Source of the DNA: Parcubacteria group bacterium
GTDB lineage: Bacteria; Patescibacteriota; Patescibacteriia; UBA2169
NCBI GenBank assembly: GCA_016181765.1
Contig: JACOYR010000004.1
Span: 35,320-99,319 of the forward strand
Length of the DNA: 64,000 bases
Reading direction: 5' to 3'
Each line of letters opens with the position of its first letter. Positions within the stretch are counted from its first letter, which is position 1. The position numbers and the translations under genes are program-made. Shown here one piece after another: positions 28,016 to 37,559 of the stretch. Under the pieces are notes generated by a model that was not told the DNA's origin, ran no database searches, and saw only the letters and a list, made by a program, of their open reading frames with translations.

Positions 28016-28882
28016 TCAGATATTTTTATTTCTGATCTGTCGCGCGTTCTTGCCGGTAATTGCGCTGTTTCCGGTTTTTTTCTCTATGGACTTTCGGGCC
28101 GCGCCAGCCACGCTCCCGCCTTCGCGCGCCACGGTTTTATTTTCATCCAAATTTTTCGGTTCTCTTTTTTCCGATATTTCAGTGGTCGCGGTTTCGGCAA
28201 GCATATTCAAAACCAATTCCAAATTAGTCATATTGTCCCGCAGATTTTCTTTTTTCAGCCCTTTGAGATTTTTATACTCCTTGGTGGTCAATCCGGCCCA
28301 TGCCCGGCTTATCTCATCGGTTAGAATTGCAAACTCCAGACCTTGTTTCATGCCCCGTTTTTCCCATTCATCAGTAAGCGCTTTGCGGATTTCAATGCTT
28401 TTGAGGCGCTGATTGACCCACTCCGGGCTGTATCCTTTTTGCAGGTATGTTTTTAAGGCACGATTAATGGCCAATTCGGGATCTGCTGTTTCTTCCAAGC
28501 GCTCATAGCCCACTTGCGCCAGCCAAAGCTTAAATGGTTCGGCATTTGGCGAAGGTATTGACTGGATGAGCCGGAGCATAACCTCTGTATCGGTGGCATC
28601 TGTGGCATAATATTTGCCATCTTTAGCCATAAATTTCAGTTCGTGACATTTTGTCACGGACTGACTACCTTCTTCTTTTAGTCTTTGTTTTAACTTTCTC
28701 CAATATGCCCCGGCATCAATACTGTTAGTTAACACTCTCACCACATCAATCACAGAAAAATACCAGAGTTCTTTTTCATCATCCCAGTGGCGGCGAATTT
28801 GATTGCCCTCAAAAAGCGCGATGGATTTATTTTTTGATTGTTTCTTTTCGTTGTTCATATATAATCCGTTGCCATTTTCCAT
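28016..28882 (-). CDS. Bro-N domain (antirepressor-like) DNA-binding protein
   Basis: WYFSVIDVV, YWRKLKQRL, IPSPNAEPFKLWLA, NLRDNMT; start may be 28858. Confidence 0.85.
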   Translation of the reverse strand: MENGNGLYMNNEKKQSKNKSIALFEGNQIRRHWDDEKELWYFSVIDVVRVLTNSIDAGAYWRKLKQRLKEEGSQSVTKCHELKFMAKDGKYYATDATDTEVMLRLIQSIPSPNAEPFKLWLAQVGYERLEETADPELAINRALKTYLQKGYSPEWVNQRLKSIEIRKALTDEWEKRGMKQGLEFAILTDEISRAWAGLTTKEYKNLKGLKKENLRDNMTNLELVLNMLAETATTEISEKREPKNLDENKTVAREGGSVAGAARKSIEKKTGNSAITGKNARQIRNKNI

Positions 28883-28890
28883 TCTATCTC

Positions 28891-29008
28891 TTATTTGACA
28901 AATTGACTACCAAAAGCCCTGTGCAATATAGATTGCTCCAAAGCCGCCAAATCATCACGGGTTGATTTTTGGTATTCCTTTAGCCGCCGAACCTTCTCGG
29001 CAAGCTGG
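28891..29008 (-). pseudogene. hsdS: C-terminal remnant of a type I restriction specificity subunit
   Basis: QLAEKVRRLKEYQKSTRDDLAALEQSILHRAF matches the HsdS terminal helix; the upstream sequence is unrelated. Confidence 0.6.
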
Positions 29009-29170
29009 TGAAATGGGATGGTGAAATGGGGACATGACCCATTTTTGATGACCCATATTTCCCGTTTCTGCGTGACCAGCCGGAAATGACTCAATCGGTT
29101 GTAGTAGCTCTTATAGGAATACGCGATGAACTCGCTTGCATAACTCACCCAACCAAGCCCTTCGCAAAAT

Positions 29171-29611
29171 TTATTTCTTACCCTTGCCGAAAACAAAATC
29201 TAGAGTAGGATCTAATTCTTTTAATAATTTTTTATGTTCTTGGAGAATTTCTTCTTGAATTTTTATTGATTCAGCCATACACCAATCACGTATAAGTTCA
29301 TAATTTTTGTTTTCCTTGCAATCTTTAGCTATCCCCTTTCCTTCAACCTCTTCCTTCATCATGTTTATTGCGAGTATAGAGATACATGCTTTTTTATCAT
29401 CTATGTATTGAGATAGCCCTGTATAACCCACTATTAGGTCGCTAAAGTCATCTCCATGTTTTGAGAATATAATCGCTATTTTAATCGCTTCTTTAATTTC
29501 GTCTTTTGAATAAGGCAATATAGAAATTGGCGCTCCAAAAACCATATAAGCTGATTTTTCCATTATCTTCCCATAATCATTGATTATTTTTTCAGCTTCT
29601 TTGACATCCAT
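29171..29611 (-). CDS. hypothetical protein
   Basis: AT-rich ORF, co-oriented with the island genes; start uncertain. Confidence 0.6.
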   Translation of the reverse strand: MDVKEAEKIINDYGKIMEKSAYMVFGAPISILPYSKDEIKEAIKIAIIFSKHGDDFSDLIVGYTGLSQYIDDKKACISILAINMMKEEVEGKGIAKDCKENKNYELIRDWCMAESIKIQEEILQEHKKLLKELDPTLDFVFGKGKK

Positions 29612-29705
29612 AGAGGGGAGAAAAAAGGTTTCAGGAATTGTTTTTATTGAGGGAACGATGACCTTGGTGGCGGTGATGGTGGGTGGATTCATGTTGATAT
29701 AAGGC

Positions 29706-31043
29706 TCATCTAAACAAACTTTTGAACCAACTTTGAATTCTCGAAAAGAAAATAAAATTAAGTTTTGACTCCGTCGTTTTCTCATTGCTGGTTTCAAAAT
29801 CAGTAATAATATCTTCTACGACAAATTGATTAGTTGTATTTATTTCTTCTGCAGTCTGTTCTGGCTCAATCTGGACGCACGAATTACCAACTTCTCTATA
29901 CCCGTCATCACACAGCCACACATCTGTTAGGCTTTCTACAGCATGCGCATGTTCTGGAATTTGTATGCAATATTTTTTATTTAACGAAAGAGCATATCCT
30001 TCATTACAATGGATACTTGCTTCTTTTTCTTCCCTAACCACTTCGCTAGAAAGCACCCTAGCTCCTGTTTCATTCTCTGTAGTTGTAGCCTCTATACCGG
30101 GTTGAGTATTTGTAGATTTATCAATAGATGGCGTAGCTACCACAGGAGTAGTAGGAGTATCTTGTTCTACAGTGGCAGGAGAAGCAAAAATTGGTTCGCG
30201 TTGATTTTGTTTATCACTATTGAATAGATTAACCCTTGAATTAAGATTATTCAACAATTGCTCGTAAGAATTGTCTACTTCCTCTATGCACCTCTCATTT
30301 TCAAAAATATACCCATAGTCACACTCGCATGTTTTCGAAGAAGAATCGTAACTTGAATAATAACCATAATTATCATGGCAGTATGAATCACCATCTACAC
30401 AGGTTTGCCCCCCAAATAAATTCGTATCCAGAACATACCCTCTGCCACACTTACAACTATCGGTTAAAATATCGTGTTCAGCATTCCATCCCAGCAACTC
30501 TTGACAATAATCATCTCGCGACACACACTTCCCGCCATTCAAAATATAGCCATAACTACATTTACACGAACTAGTCAGGGAGTTATAACTTGAATTATAG
30601 CCATACAAATTCCTACAATAGGTATTGCCAGAAACACATTCCTTATCACCAAAAATATTCGTATCCACTACATAGCTATAATTACACTCACATCCACCAG
30701 ACAACGAATCATATGAAGAGTTTAAAGGACACGAAGGCCTAGAAGGAATTGAGGGGGTTAGGAAATCGTAATTCAATGAAGGATATGTGTAATCAGGCGC
30801 TGGGGTGGTATAGCCAGTACCACCATCGCCCCAATGGCTATGTATAGGATCAGATGGTTGTGGTAATCCTTTATTGTTATGACAGTGGTACTCGCCATAA
30901 GACAACCCCCAAGAACTGCAGTTCGTTCTACAAGTATGGCAACCCGAGCCATCAGTGCCCCCGGGATGAGCGAAAGTAGAATCCGATAATCCAAATATGA
31001 CAAAGGTTGCCCCCAGTAGTATGAAAAAAAATCTAAGGCGCAT
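29706..31043 (-). CDS. secreted YHYH-like protein with Cys-rich EGF-like repeats
   Basis: Signal peptide ending AHPGGTD..GCH..YHCH; several C...Y(N/S)S.Y....C.C..GY repeats. Confidence 0.75.
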   Translation of the reverse strand: MRLRFFFILLGATFVIFGLSDSTFAHPGGTDGSGCHTCRTNCSSWGLSYGEYHCHNNKGLPQPSDPIHSHWGDGGTGYTTPAPDYTYPSLNYDFLTPSIPSRPSCPLNSSYDSLSGGCECNYSYVVDTNIFGDKECVSGNTYCRNLYGYNSSYNSLTSSCKCSYGYILNGGKCVSRDDYCQELLGWNAEHDILTDSCKCGRGYVLDTNLFGGQTCVDGDSYCHDNYGYYSSYDSSSKTCECDYGYIFENERCIEEVDNSYEQLLNNLNSRVNLFNSDKQNQREPIFASPATVEQDTPTTPVVATPSIDKSTNTQPGIEATTTENETGARVLSSEVVREEKEASIHCNEGYALSLNKKYCIQIPEHAHAVESLTDVWLCDDGYREVGNSCVQIEPEQTAEEINTTNQFVVEDIITDFETSNEKTTESKLNFIFFSRIQSWFKSLFR

Positions 31044-31070
31044 AATCTAATAGTGAGTCGGAAAACCTAT

Positions 31071-32537
31071 CTAAAGTTCCCATTTAAAGTAACGATTCAC
31101 CGCATATTCAACGCCTACGCGGAAACGATTAGTGCGCTTATCATTCTCAATTTCATGAATTTCCCGATCTAGCGCATCAATTTCTGATTTAACGCGATTT
31201 TTTTCTTTTTCTTTCATCTCATGATAACGCCTATCTATATCGCCAATACTTTCTTTAAGGACTTTCTCGTTCTGTGTAATTAGAGCATCCTTCCTTGTAT
31301 GAATATTTGTTATGTCTGTCTTTGTAGTTCTCACTTGGTTAAAAATTTTTTTTAAATGAGAATGTAGCCGCTTTACCGTGGGAGATGAGACAAAAAGGCC
31401 TTCAAATGGCTTTATTGCTGTACGCGATATCAACTCAATGATGAATAACACTAAACACACCAACCATTTAATTCCATATGTAATACTGCCGAGGAATGAT
31501 TTGATCGTCCTCCAAACAAGGCTCCACTCGGTATGGCTCAAAAATAATGCGGCAAGAAAACCAACCCCAAAAAATAGGGCTATATATACAAGGTCACTAA
31601 AATTTTCGTTTATATTTTCACGGCGATAAAAGTACAAAGAAACTGGAATACTTATAAGTGTAACAATACCTATCAATAGCGCTATTGCCTCAAACAACTT
31701 TTTCAATAAACTAGGACACGACTTGTGGTTGTGAAAAAATTTTACACCCTCAAAAGCGAAAACCATAATAACCATAAAAGCAATTGTAAATTGGATCAGA
31801 CTTATCCCGTCACCACGGTTCCACACGGGGATTGCGTCTATATTGAGTCGTGAGCTAATGTAATAATCTACAATGAGCAACACAATAAAAATCACAATTG
31901 GCCACCAATGCGCAACAGCACTAAATCCATCAAGCGATGTAGTTAATTTATCGTGCGTGTCCAATAGCCATTTTTTTGATGCTACTGTGATTGGATTTTT
32001 TCTTGCCTTTTGCTTCTCTTCTCTGTACTCCTTTTCCGCATCAAGAAGCGCAATAGTTAATCTTTCTTTTTCTGATTCAAATTTTGTCAATTTCTCAACC
32101 AAGCTCTGCAGTTCTATATCAAGTTTTTGAATTTCATTCTCCAAAGATTGCTTAAAATTGTTTAAATGTTTTTCTGCGTACTCGTGTTCATTTTTTAAAT
32201 TTTGCTCAAGACGCGCGACAAACTCTTTGCGTTCTTCTTCTAATTTAGTTTTTTTTAATCTCAATATTTCAATACGCTCCTGCATATTCGTCATAAATTT
32301 CGGCTTCGGAACACTATCCCAAATTCTGGACTTAGCTATGCCATGCTGTTTGTCTAGTGGCTCATTTTTAAACGAAGTATCAATTTCATTAAGAATACGA
32401 CGATTCAAATTCTTAGTAGCGATTCTGCCAACATTAACGCCGCGACCGAAACGGCTTGTATAGTACACAATAGTGGCCAGTAATGCAGCCCCTCCAATAC
32501 CCGGCACTGCGATTGCGATGATTTGCCAGTAATTCAT
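31071..32537 (-). CDS. coiled-coil polytopic membrane protein
   Basis: TM, long heptad region, 4-5 TM segments, second coiled coil. Confidence 0.75.
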   Translation of the reverse strand: MNYWQIIAIAVPGIGGAALLATIVYYTSRFGRGVNVGRIATKNLNRRILNEIDTSFKNEPLDKQHGIAKSRIWDSVPKPKFMTNMQERIEILRLKKTKLEEERKEFVARLEQNLKNEHEYAEKHLNNFKQSLENEIQKLDIELQSLVEKLTKFESEKERLTIALLDAEKEYREEKQKARKNPITVASKKWLLDTHDKLTTSLDGFSAVAHWWPIVIFIVLLIVDYYISSRLNIDAIPVWNRGDGISLIQFTIAFMVIMVFAFEGVKFFHNHKSCPSLLKKLFEAIALLIGIVTLISIPVSLYFYRRENINENFSDLVYIALFFGVGFLAALFLSHTEWSLVWRTIKSFLGSITYGIKWLVCLVLFIIELISRTAIKPFEGLFVSSPTVKRLHSHLKKIFNQVRTTKTDITNIHTRKDALITQNEKVLKESIGDIDRRYHEMKEKEKNRVKSEIDALDREIHEIENDKRTNRFRVGVEYAVNRYFKWEL

Positions 32538-32541
32538 ATAG

Positions 32542-33918
32542 TTATCTACAAAGATGATTTAAATAAATACTGCGTTTAATTTGTGCGAAGCTCTCATCTT
32601 CGTCCTCATTCTTAAAAAGTTTAATACAAGCGTTAGAAGAGATAACAGCATTAAAAGTCGCGCCAATATCACTAATATACCGTTGAGGGCAAACGAGCGA
32701 AATATTGTAGAGAGGGTATTTCACCCTGGCTTCTTCTTGTGCTATTTCTGAATCAATCTCCTGGTGCTCTGTAATGTATTTTCTCTGTTGAGCGCTATTA
32801 TTATTATTCTGCTGTTGAAAATATGCCCCACAATCTTGCAAAAATTTCGCGTATGAATCTGATTCTATTTGGTATGTATTTTTCCAACCATATGTTTTAG
32901 GAAGACCAGTCATCGTGCCAGCAGTAACAATAACAACTTTATCATCCGACTCTTTCATAGAACTTAAATTCTCAACAGAAGGATCAAGGTAAAGCTTTTG
33001 TTGTGTGAACCAATCTTTAAAAGTATTTTGTAACACATCAGTCTCGTGCCAAGTACAACTAAATTTATCATTATTTTTAATGTCGCAAGTATGCTCTTTA
33101 ACAGTAGTTATATAAAGCACTTCAGTTTTTCGAGAATCGTCTCTTTCTTTTGCCATTCTAAAAATTGGGTATGATCGTTTTAACTCCAAAGTTAGTGTGC
33201 TGCCGTTTTCGGCTTTTGTTTCAAACTGCAAAGTGTCGCTGGAAGGAAGTTCTGATATGTATCCATTCACAATTCGAGTTATTTCTTTAATGTCATTTGA
33301 AGTAGTGGGCGCAAGAACCAACTTTGTTGTTGTGTTTGAATTTGTAAGTGTGGTAGTAAATGGGGGTTGTAATTCGGTATCTTCCCCTTCAATTTTTTGA
33401 CGCAGTTCAACCCAAACCTGTGGAGTAATCACTTCAGAATATCCATCCGCAATAAACTTAACTTTGTTTGCGATAGGATCAATCTCAAATGACTTTTTGA
33501 AATCCAGATTTTTCTGTTTATTGAGTATTGCGCTCCATACGCCAGGAGATTCTTGATCTCTTGCTTCATAAGGAAGAATAATAAGACAATAATCATCCAC
33601 ATCTGCACCCCTGAAAGTAAAAGCCGTATTGCCTTCTTTTTGATTACAAATAGAATCGAGAGGAGGAGGGTCCACAATCTTAAACATCCCAAACACAATC
33701 CCAGCCACAATCAAAATAATTACAGTAGCAACAATAATCGTTTCCTGTGTATCCTTGCGCTCTTTTAATCTATCACTCCCTGGCGGGACCTGTGGGTGTG
33801 TATCCATCATAGGAAGTAACGTTATCTCCTCTAGCCGTTGTTTCTCAATTTCTTTTCCACAGTTAGGACAAAAATTGTCTTTCTCTTTAAGTTGTTCTCC
33901 GCACTTACTGCAATACAT
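32542..33918 (-). CDS. zinc-ribbon plus single-TM protein with large extracellular domain
   Basis: MYCSKCG...FCPNCG; TM IIVATVIILIVAGIVFG. Confidence 0.75.
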   Translation of the reverse strand: MYCSKCGEQLKEKDNFCPNCGKEIEKQRLEEITLLPMMDTHPQVPPGSDRLKERKDTQETIIVATVIILIVAGIVFGMFKIVDPPPLDSICNQKEGNTAFTFRGADVDDYCLIILPYEARDQESPGVWSAILNKQKNLDFKKSFEIDPIANKVKFIADGYSEVITPQVWVELRQKIEGEDTELQPPFTTTLTNSNTTTKLVLAPTTSNDIKEITRIVNGYISELPSSDTLQFETKAENGSTLTLELKRSYPIFRMAKERDDSRKTEVLYITTVKEHTCDIKNNDKFSCTWHETDVLQNTFKDWFTQQKLYLDPSVENLSSMKESDDKVVIVTAGTMTGLPKTYGWKNTYQIESDSYAKFLQDCGAYFQQQNNNNSAQQRKYITEHQEIDSEIAQEEARVKYPLYNISLVCPQRYISDIGATFNAVISSNACIKLFKNEDEDESFAQIKRSIYLNHLCR

Positions 33919-33944
33919 ATCCGAACCATAGCTAAATAAGCTTA

Positions 33945-34175
33945 TTATGGCAAGCTCTCACATGCCTCACCATCTTTATTCCCATCTAGCCGATGAATAT
34001 CATTACTTACCCCGCCACAGGACTCAAACACACGCTGTGCTTCTGCGCGTGTCTTAAAATCTGAACAGTTATAGGCATTGCTGTCACAAATTGTGTTGTT
34101 GGATGAGCCAGCGCTGCAACCTGTCAACGCCAAACTGGCAAGGAGCAGTAGCAAGATGTAGTGTAGTTGTCGCAT
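33945..34175 (-). CDS. Excalibur calcium-binding lipoprotein
   Basis: LALTGC lipobox; YNCSDF...LDGNKDGEACE. Confidence 0.8.
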   Translation of the reverse strand: MRQLHYILLLLLASLALTGCSAGSSNNTICDSNAYNCSDFKTRAEAQRVFESCGGVSNDIHRLDGNKDGEACESLP

Positions 34176-34197
34176 ATAATTTAGTTTAATGCCAAAT

Positions 34198-35091
34198 TTA
34201 AGGTAAACTCTCGCACGCCTCGCCATCGCCATCCGCATCAAGACGATGGATGTCGTTTGCCACGCCGCCACACTGCTCAAACGCGGCCTGGGCTTCTGCG
34301 TGCGTTGTAAAGTTACTGCAGTTGTAAACATTGTTTGAACAATCGTACTGGCCTTGCGCTTGTGGCTCTGTATCTGGTTCTATAGTCGAGGGGGGTGGAG
34401 CGCTTGGTGCTGGCTCCCCTTGCTCTACTTCATCTGCGTCCGCGCACACGCCATCCGCCCACAGACCGCGCTTTGCTACGCGCGCCTCGTCCTCGGCTTG
34501 TTTAAATTGTTCTTGATACTTATATGGCAGGTTGTAGGTGTATTCGTGTCCATACCCCTCGCGTATCATCAAGTCGCTAAAGTTGGCGCCATCTTCAAAA
34601 AAAACGTAACGAAGCAAACGGCTGTACTTGTCGCGCTCGCCCTGGGTTGGATCTGCTTCCAGTCGGACACGATTACCGCTTAATACCTCCTTGGCTTTGT
34701 TGGATGCCTCTATGCCAAAACACTGTACTGGCTTTCGGGGATCAACTGTTTCTGGCGTGTCTATGCCAATGAGGCGTATAGTTTCGCTTGAGCCGTCCAT
34801 GTCAACAGCAATCGTATCCCCGTCAACTACTCTCACAACATCATATAATACTTCATCTGTGCTGGTTGCATTTTTATCCGTGTCATTATGTCCTTCAACT
34901 GGTTCAATAGCATCGTCATCTACGGCTGATTCATTTGAAACACTTGCGCCTTCAGCTTGTTGATTTTGGTCTGAAATATTCTGTGTCGGCGCGCTCGCGG
35001 ATTGACTTTTTGCATTACGAACATTATCTGAAGAAGATGTACATCCGCTTAATATAATAGATAAAATACTTAAAACAACGATCTTCTTCAT
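34198..35091 (-). CDS. thermonuclease (SNase) lipoprotein with Excalibur domain
   Basis: LSGC lipobox; VVDGDT, IRLIGIDTPE, DKYSRLLRY, RGLW; LDADGDGEACE. Confidence 0.92.
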   Translation of the reverse strand: MKKIVVLSILSIILSGCTSSSDNVRNAKSQSASAPTQNISDQNQQAEGASVSNESAVDDDAIEPVEGHNDTDKNATSTDEVLYDVVRVVDGDTIAVDMDGSSETIRLIGIDTPETVDPRKPVQCFGIEASNKAKEVLSGNRVRLEADPTQGERDKYSRLLRYVFFEDGANFSDLMIREGYGHEYTYNLPYKYQEQFKQAEDEARVAKRGLWADGVCADADEVEQGEPAPSAPPPSTIEPDTEPQAQGQYDCSNNVYNCSNFTTHAEAQAAFEQCGGVANDIHRLDADGDGEACESLP

Positions 35092-35121
35092 AAAATTTTA
35101 TGGTTGTTATAAGGATATATG

Positions 35122-35197
35122 GCCTAACGTTTCGGCATATGATGCTGTATGAGCAATACGGGTGGAGTGAAGCGGAACCGCATACACGCCGTTGTAC
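35122..35197 (-). other. attC-like integron recombination site
   Basis: On the minus strand: GTACAAC...imperfect hairpin...GTTAGGC, 76 bp, just downstream of the 410-aa gene. Confidence 0.55.
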
Positions 35198-35231
35198 GAT
35201 GTAATGAAAAAAGTTTTAATTTCTAGTGCAA

Positions 35232-36464
35232 TTATTTTCTTGCTATTTTTTCCATAATTTTATGGTCATTTCCGAATCTGCACATCGCATCGCAGTTTCC
35301 ACTAAGATCTGACGATAAGATGTATCGTATGTCCAATCCCTTTTCTTTGACCGATGGTCTGCTGAGTTGGATTTTAATATCTTTTTCTCTTTCATCCGGT
35401 ATCGCAATGTAAAGTTTTGAACTATGTAATGGCAATGACAGTGATAAATCAGCAAGCCGCAAAATACCTGAATAAATTGATGTGCTTTTTTCTACTTCAA
35501 AAGCGCACACAATTATATTCGTGCCTTTTACAAACCAAACAACATCAATCAAACAAATAGTCTTGAATATATCTTGGTTTACATCTAACTCGGGAAACTT
35601 ATTTAAGCTGATGAAAGAAAATTTATTATCCCGATAGGTCTTTGAACGATCATTTGCGGCGGCAATTACGTCATATCCGAGTGCGTGGCCGATCTTAAGT
35701 AATTGATATTGCATCTCTGTATGCAATTCATCTTCGTGTTTTTCATTCTCAACTTTTGAATGGCGTTTATGAAGTTGTGCCAATATTTTTTCCCGATCTT
35801 TTTCTGAAAGTGACGCTCCTTTATCCACTAAAATATTGTTTGCCCCTATTTCGAATAAAAATCCCGCAAATGCACCTAAATCATTTGAAAAATGCCTTAG
35901 AAATTCATTATTTTTTTGAATTATTATCTCTCTCATTTTTAAGTATTCTTTCCAAGAACCCAATTTGATTTTTTCACGAAATAAAGTATTAAAACCTTTT
36001 ACGATTGCCGTATTGCATGGCGGAATAATTGTTGGATGCAGAAAATATAAAATACTACCAACTGCAGGTCCAAGCCCTTTAATATTTTTTTCATTCAGTT
36101 TTATGATTTCCGATATGATTGTTTCTTTGTTTGAGGTATTTAAACAATTTTCTAAAAATTGACCGAAATATTTTTTATTTTCCTGATTTTCATAGATATC
36201 CGGTATTCTTAATTTCGGTTTCCAATAAAATGGATGAGCCGCCCCTTCAAATACTTCTTTTTGTTCAGTAATGCAATTAAGAACAAACTCCAGTGAACTG
36301 CCCTTAAAGTCGTTTGGGAAATGCCCATTTTTTATGTCGTCAATTACCTGAATTACACCTCTTCTTACAGAACGAAAAGCTTTCAGTCTCTCTTCGCTAT
36401 TTACAAACCAAGTATGGTAAACCAAGTCATGGTTGTTTTTATATTGTTTGATAAGCTCGTCCAT
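35232..36464 (-). CDS. PD-(D/E)xK restriction-endonuclease-like protein
   Basis: C-terminal HTEMQ...IDVVW...AFEVEKSTSIYSGILRL; no adjacent methyltransferase. Confidence 0.65.
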   Translation of the reverse strand: MDELIKQYKNNHDLVYHTWFVNSEERLKAFRSVRRGVIQVIDDIKNGHFPNDFKGSSLEFVLNCITEQKEVFEGAAHPFYWKPKLRIPDIYENQENKKYFGQFLENCLNTSNKETIISEIIKLNEKNIKGLGPAVGSILYFLHPTIIPPCNTAIVKGFNTLFREKIKLGSWKEYLKMREIIIQKNNEFLRHFSNDLGAFAGFLFEIGANNILVDKGASLSEKDREKILAQLHKRHSKVENEKHEDELHTEMQYQLLKIGHALGYDVIAAANDRSKTYRDNKFSFISLNKFPELDVNQDIFKTICLIDVVWFVKGTNIIVCAFEVEKSTSIYSGILRLADLSLSLPLHSSKLYIAIPDEREKDIKIQLSRPSVKEKGLDIRYILSSDLSGNCDAMCRFGNDHKIMEKIARK

Positions 36465-36575
36465 AATCTAAAGATACCTTTTATGATTATTTCTAAAACC
36501 ATTAGTGGAAAGAAATACTAAAACTTTTCATTATTTCGCCTAACTACTTGCTACCCCAAACACGCACAATGTGTA

Positions 36576-37265
36576 CTATTTCTTTTGCTTAAAAATAAAT
36601 ATCACAAACAAACCTATAACCACAAAATCAATCGCACCCCACAACGTCTTGTTATACAAATAAATAGGCATGATTGGATTAAACAGAATAGCAACAGCTA
36701 CAAAGCACCAAAACCAAAATCCTTTTTTCCGCAATGCCCGGTATAAGTAGTAGGCGTAGTAAATAGACGAGGCAGTCACAATAATCTTGGTAATAGTATA
36801 AAAACCATACGGCATCGGAAATACTGACAGAAACAGCACTATTGAGCTTACTATGGCGGGCCATCGGTAGAATTCAAGTTTGGAATGAACATGCGCCATA
36901 TGATTTTGCTCTGATTTTATCTTATTTGAGTGTAATAAATCCGTATTACGGCCATTTTCTTCTGTCTTTTCTACACTAGAAACATCACCGCCTAACAAAT
37001 ATATGCCATTTTTATAAACCACGACATCATGGCCAATAATCGTATTTATCTTATAACGATATTGCCTAATATGGTCTTCGGAGTAATCCTTTTCCCTATC
37101 CAAAAAATCGCCAATATCCGTTACTGTACCTTGCTTATTTGCGCATAAAAAAACAAGCACGCGGTAAGCGTTGCCGGTTAAGCGTAACTCCTTATTATGT
37201 TCATCAAAAACTTGCCTGCTATTAGTATCTAAACTAAAAAATTTATGTTTATACAACATATTCAT
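36576..37265 (-). CDS. winged-helix N-terminal domain fused to a DUF6804-like membrane domain
   Basis: FSLD...ELRLTGNAYRVL...IRQYRYKI (OmpR-type wHTH); PMPYGFY...LFNPIMPIYL...W..ID. Confidence 0.65.
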   Translation of the reverse strand: MNMLYKHKFFSLDTNSRQVFDEHNKELRLTGNAYRVLVFLCANKQGTVTDIGDFLDREKDYSEDHIRQYRYKINTIIGHDVVVYKNGIYLLGGDVSSVEKTEENGRNTDLLHSNKIKSEQNHMAHVHSKLEFYRWPAIVSSIVLFLSVFPMPYGFYTITKIIVTASSIYYAYYLYRALRKKGFWFWCFVAVAILFNPIMPIYLYNKTLWGAIDFVVIGLFVIFIFKQKK

Positions 37266-37426
37266 CTCGTATTGTTGCTGTCAATCTATCATTTTCCAGC
37301 CTAAAAATCAACCCAAAACTCCCGCCTCCTCGGTGGGCAGACGGCTCATCCCAAAACAGCCGATCGGCTCATTTACACCATTTGAGCCGATCGCGGCCCG
37401 GATATGAGCCGATTTACCATCCCCCA

Positions 37427-37464
37427 ACCACCCCCTCGCCCCCTCCTTGGTAAAGGAGGGGGAA
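37427..37464. repeat. family B hairpin
   Basis: ACCACCCCCTCGCCCCCTCCTTGGTAAAGGAGGGGGAA. Confidence 0.8.
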
Positions 37465-37559
37465 TTAATCGCGGCCGCTTGAAGCGTCCGCGCCACTCCC
37501 TATCATCCCCTTGTATCAAATCATCACTTTCTGGTATAATACACACAGGCAAAAATATC

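Larger units (their letters stand above)
29015..37423. mobile_element. AT-rich cargo island with imperfect terminal inverted repeats, no transposase seen
   Basis: Left end GGGATGGTGAAAT, right end (reverse) GGGATGGTAAAT; abrupt AT shift; truncates hsdS. Confidence 0.5.

Noticed and set aside
28891-29196. 101-aa ORF as an intact gene
   Set aside because: Only the last 40 aa or so look like HsdS; the rest is the island end sequence.
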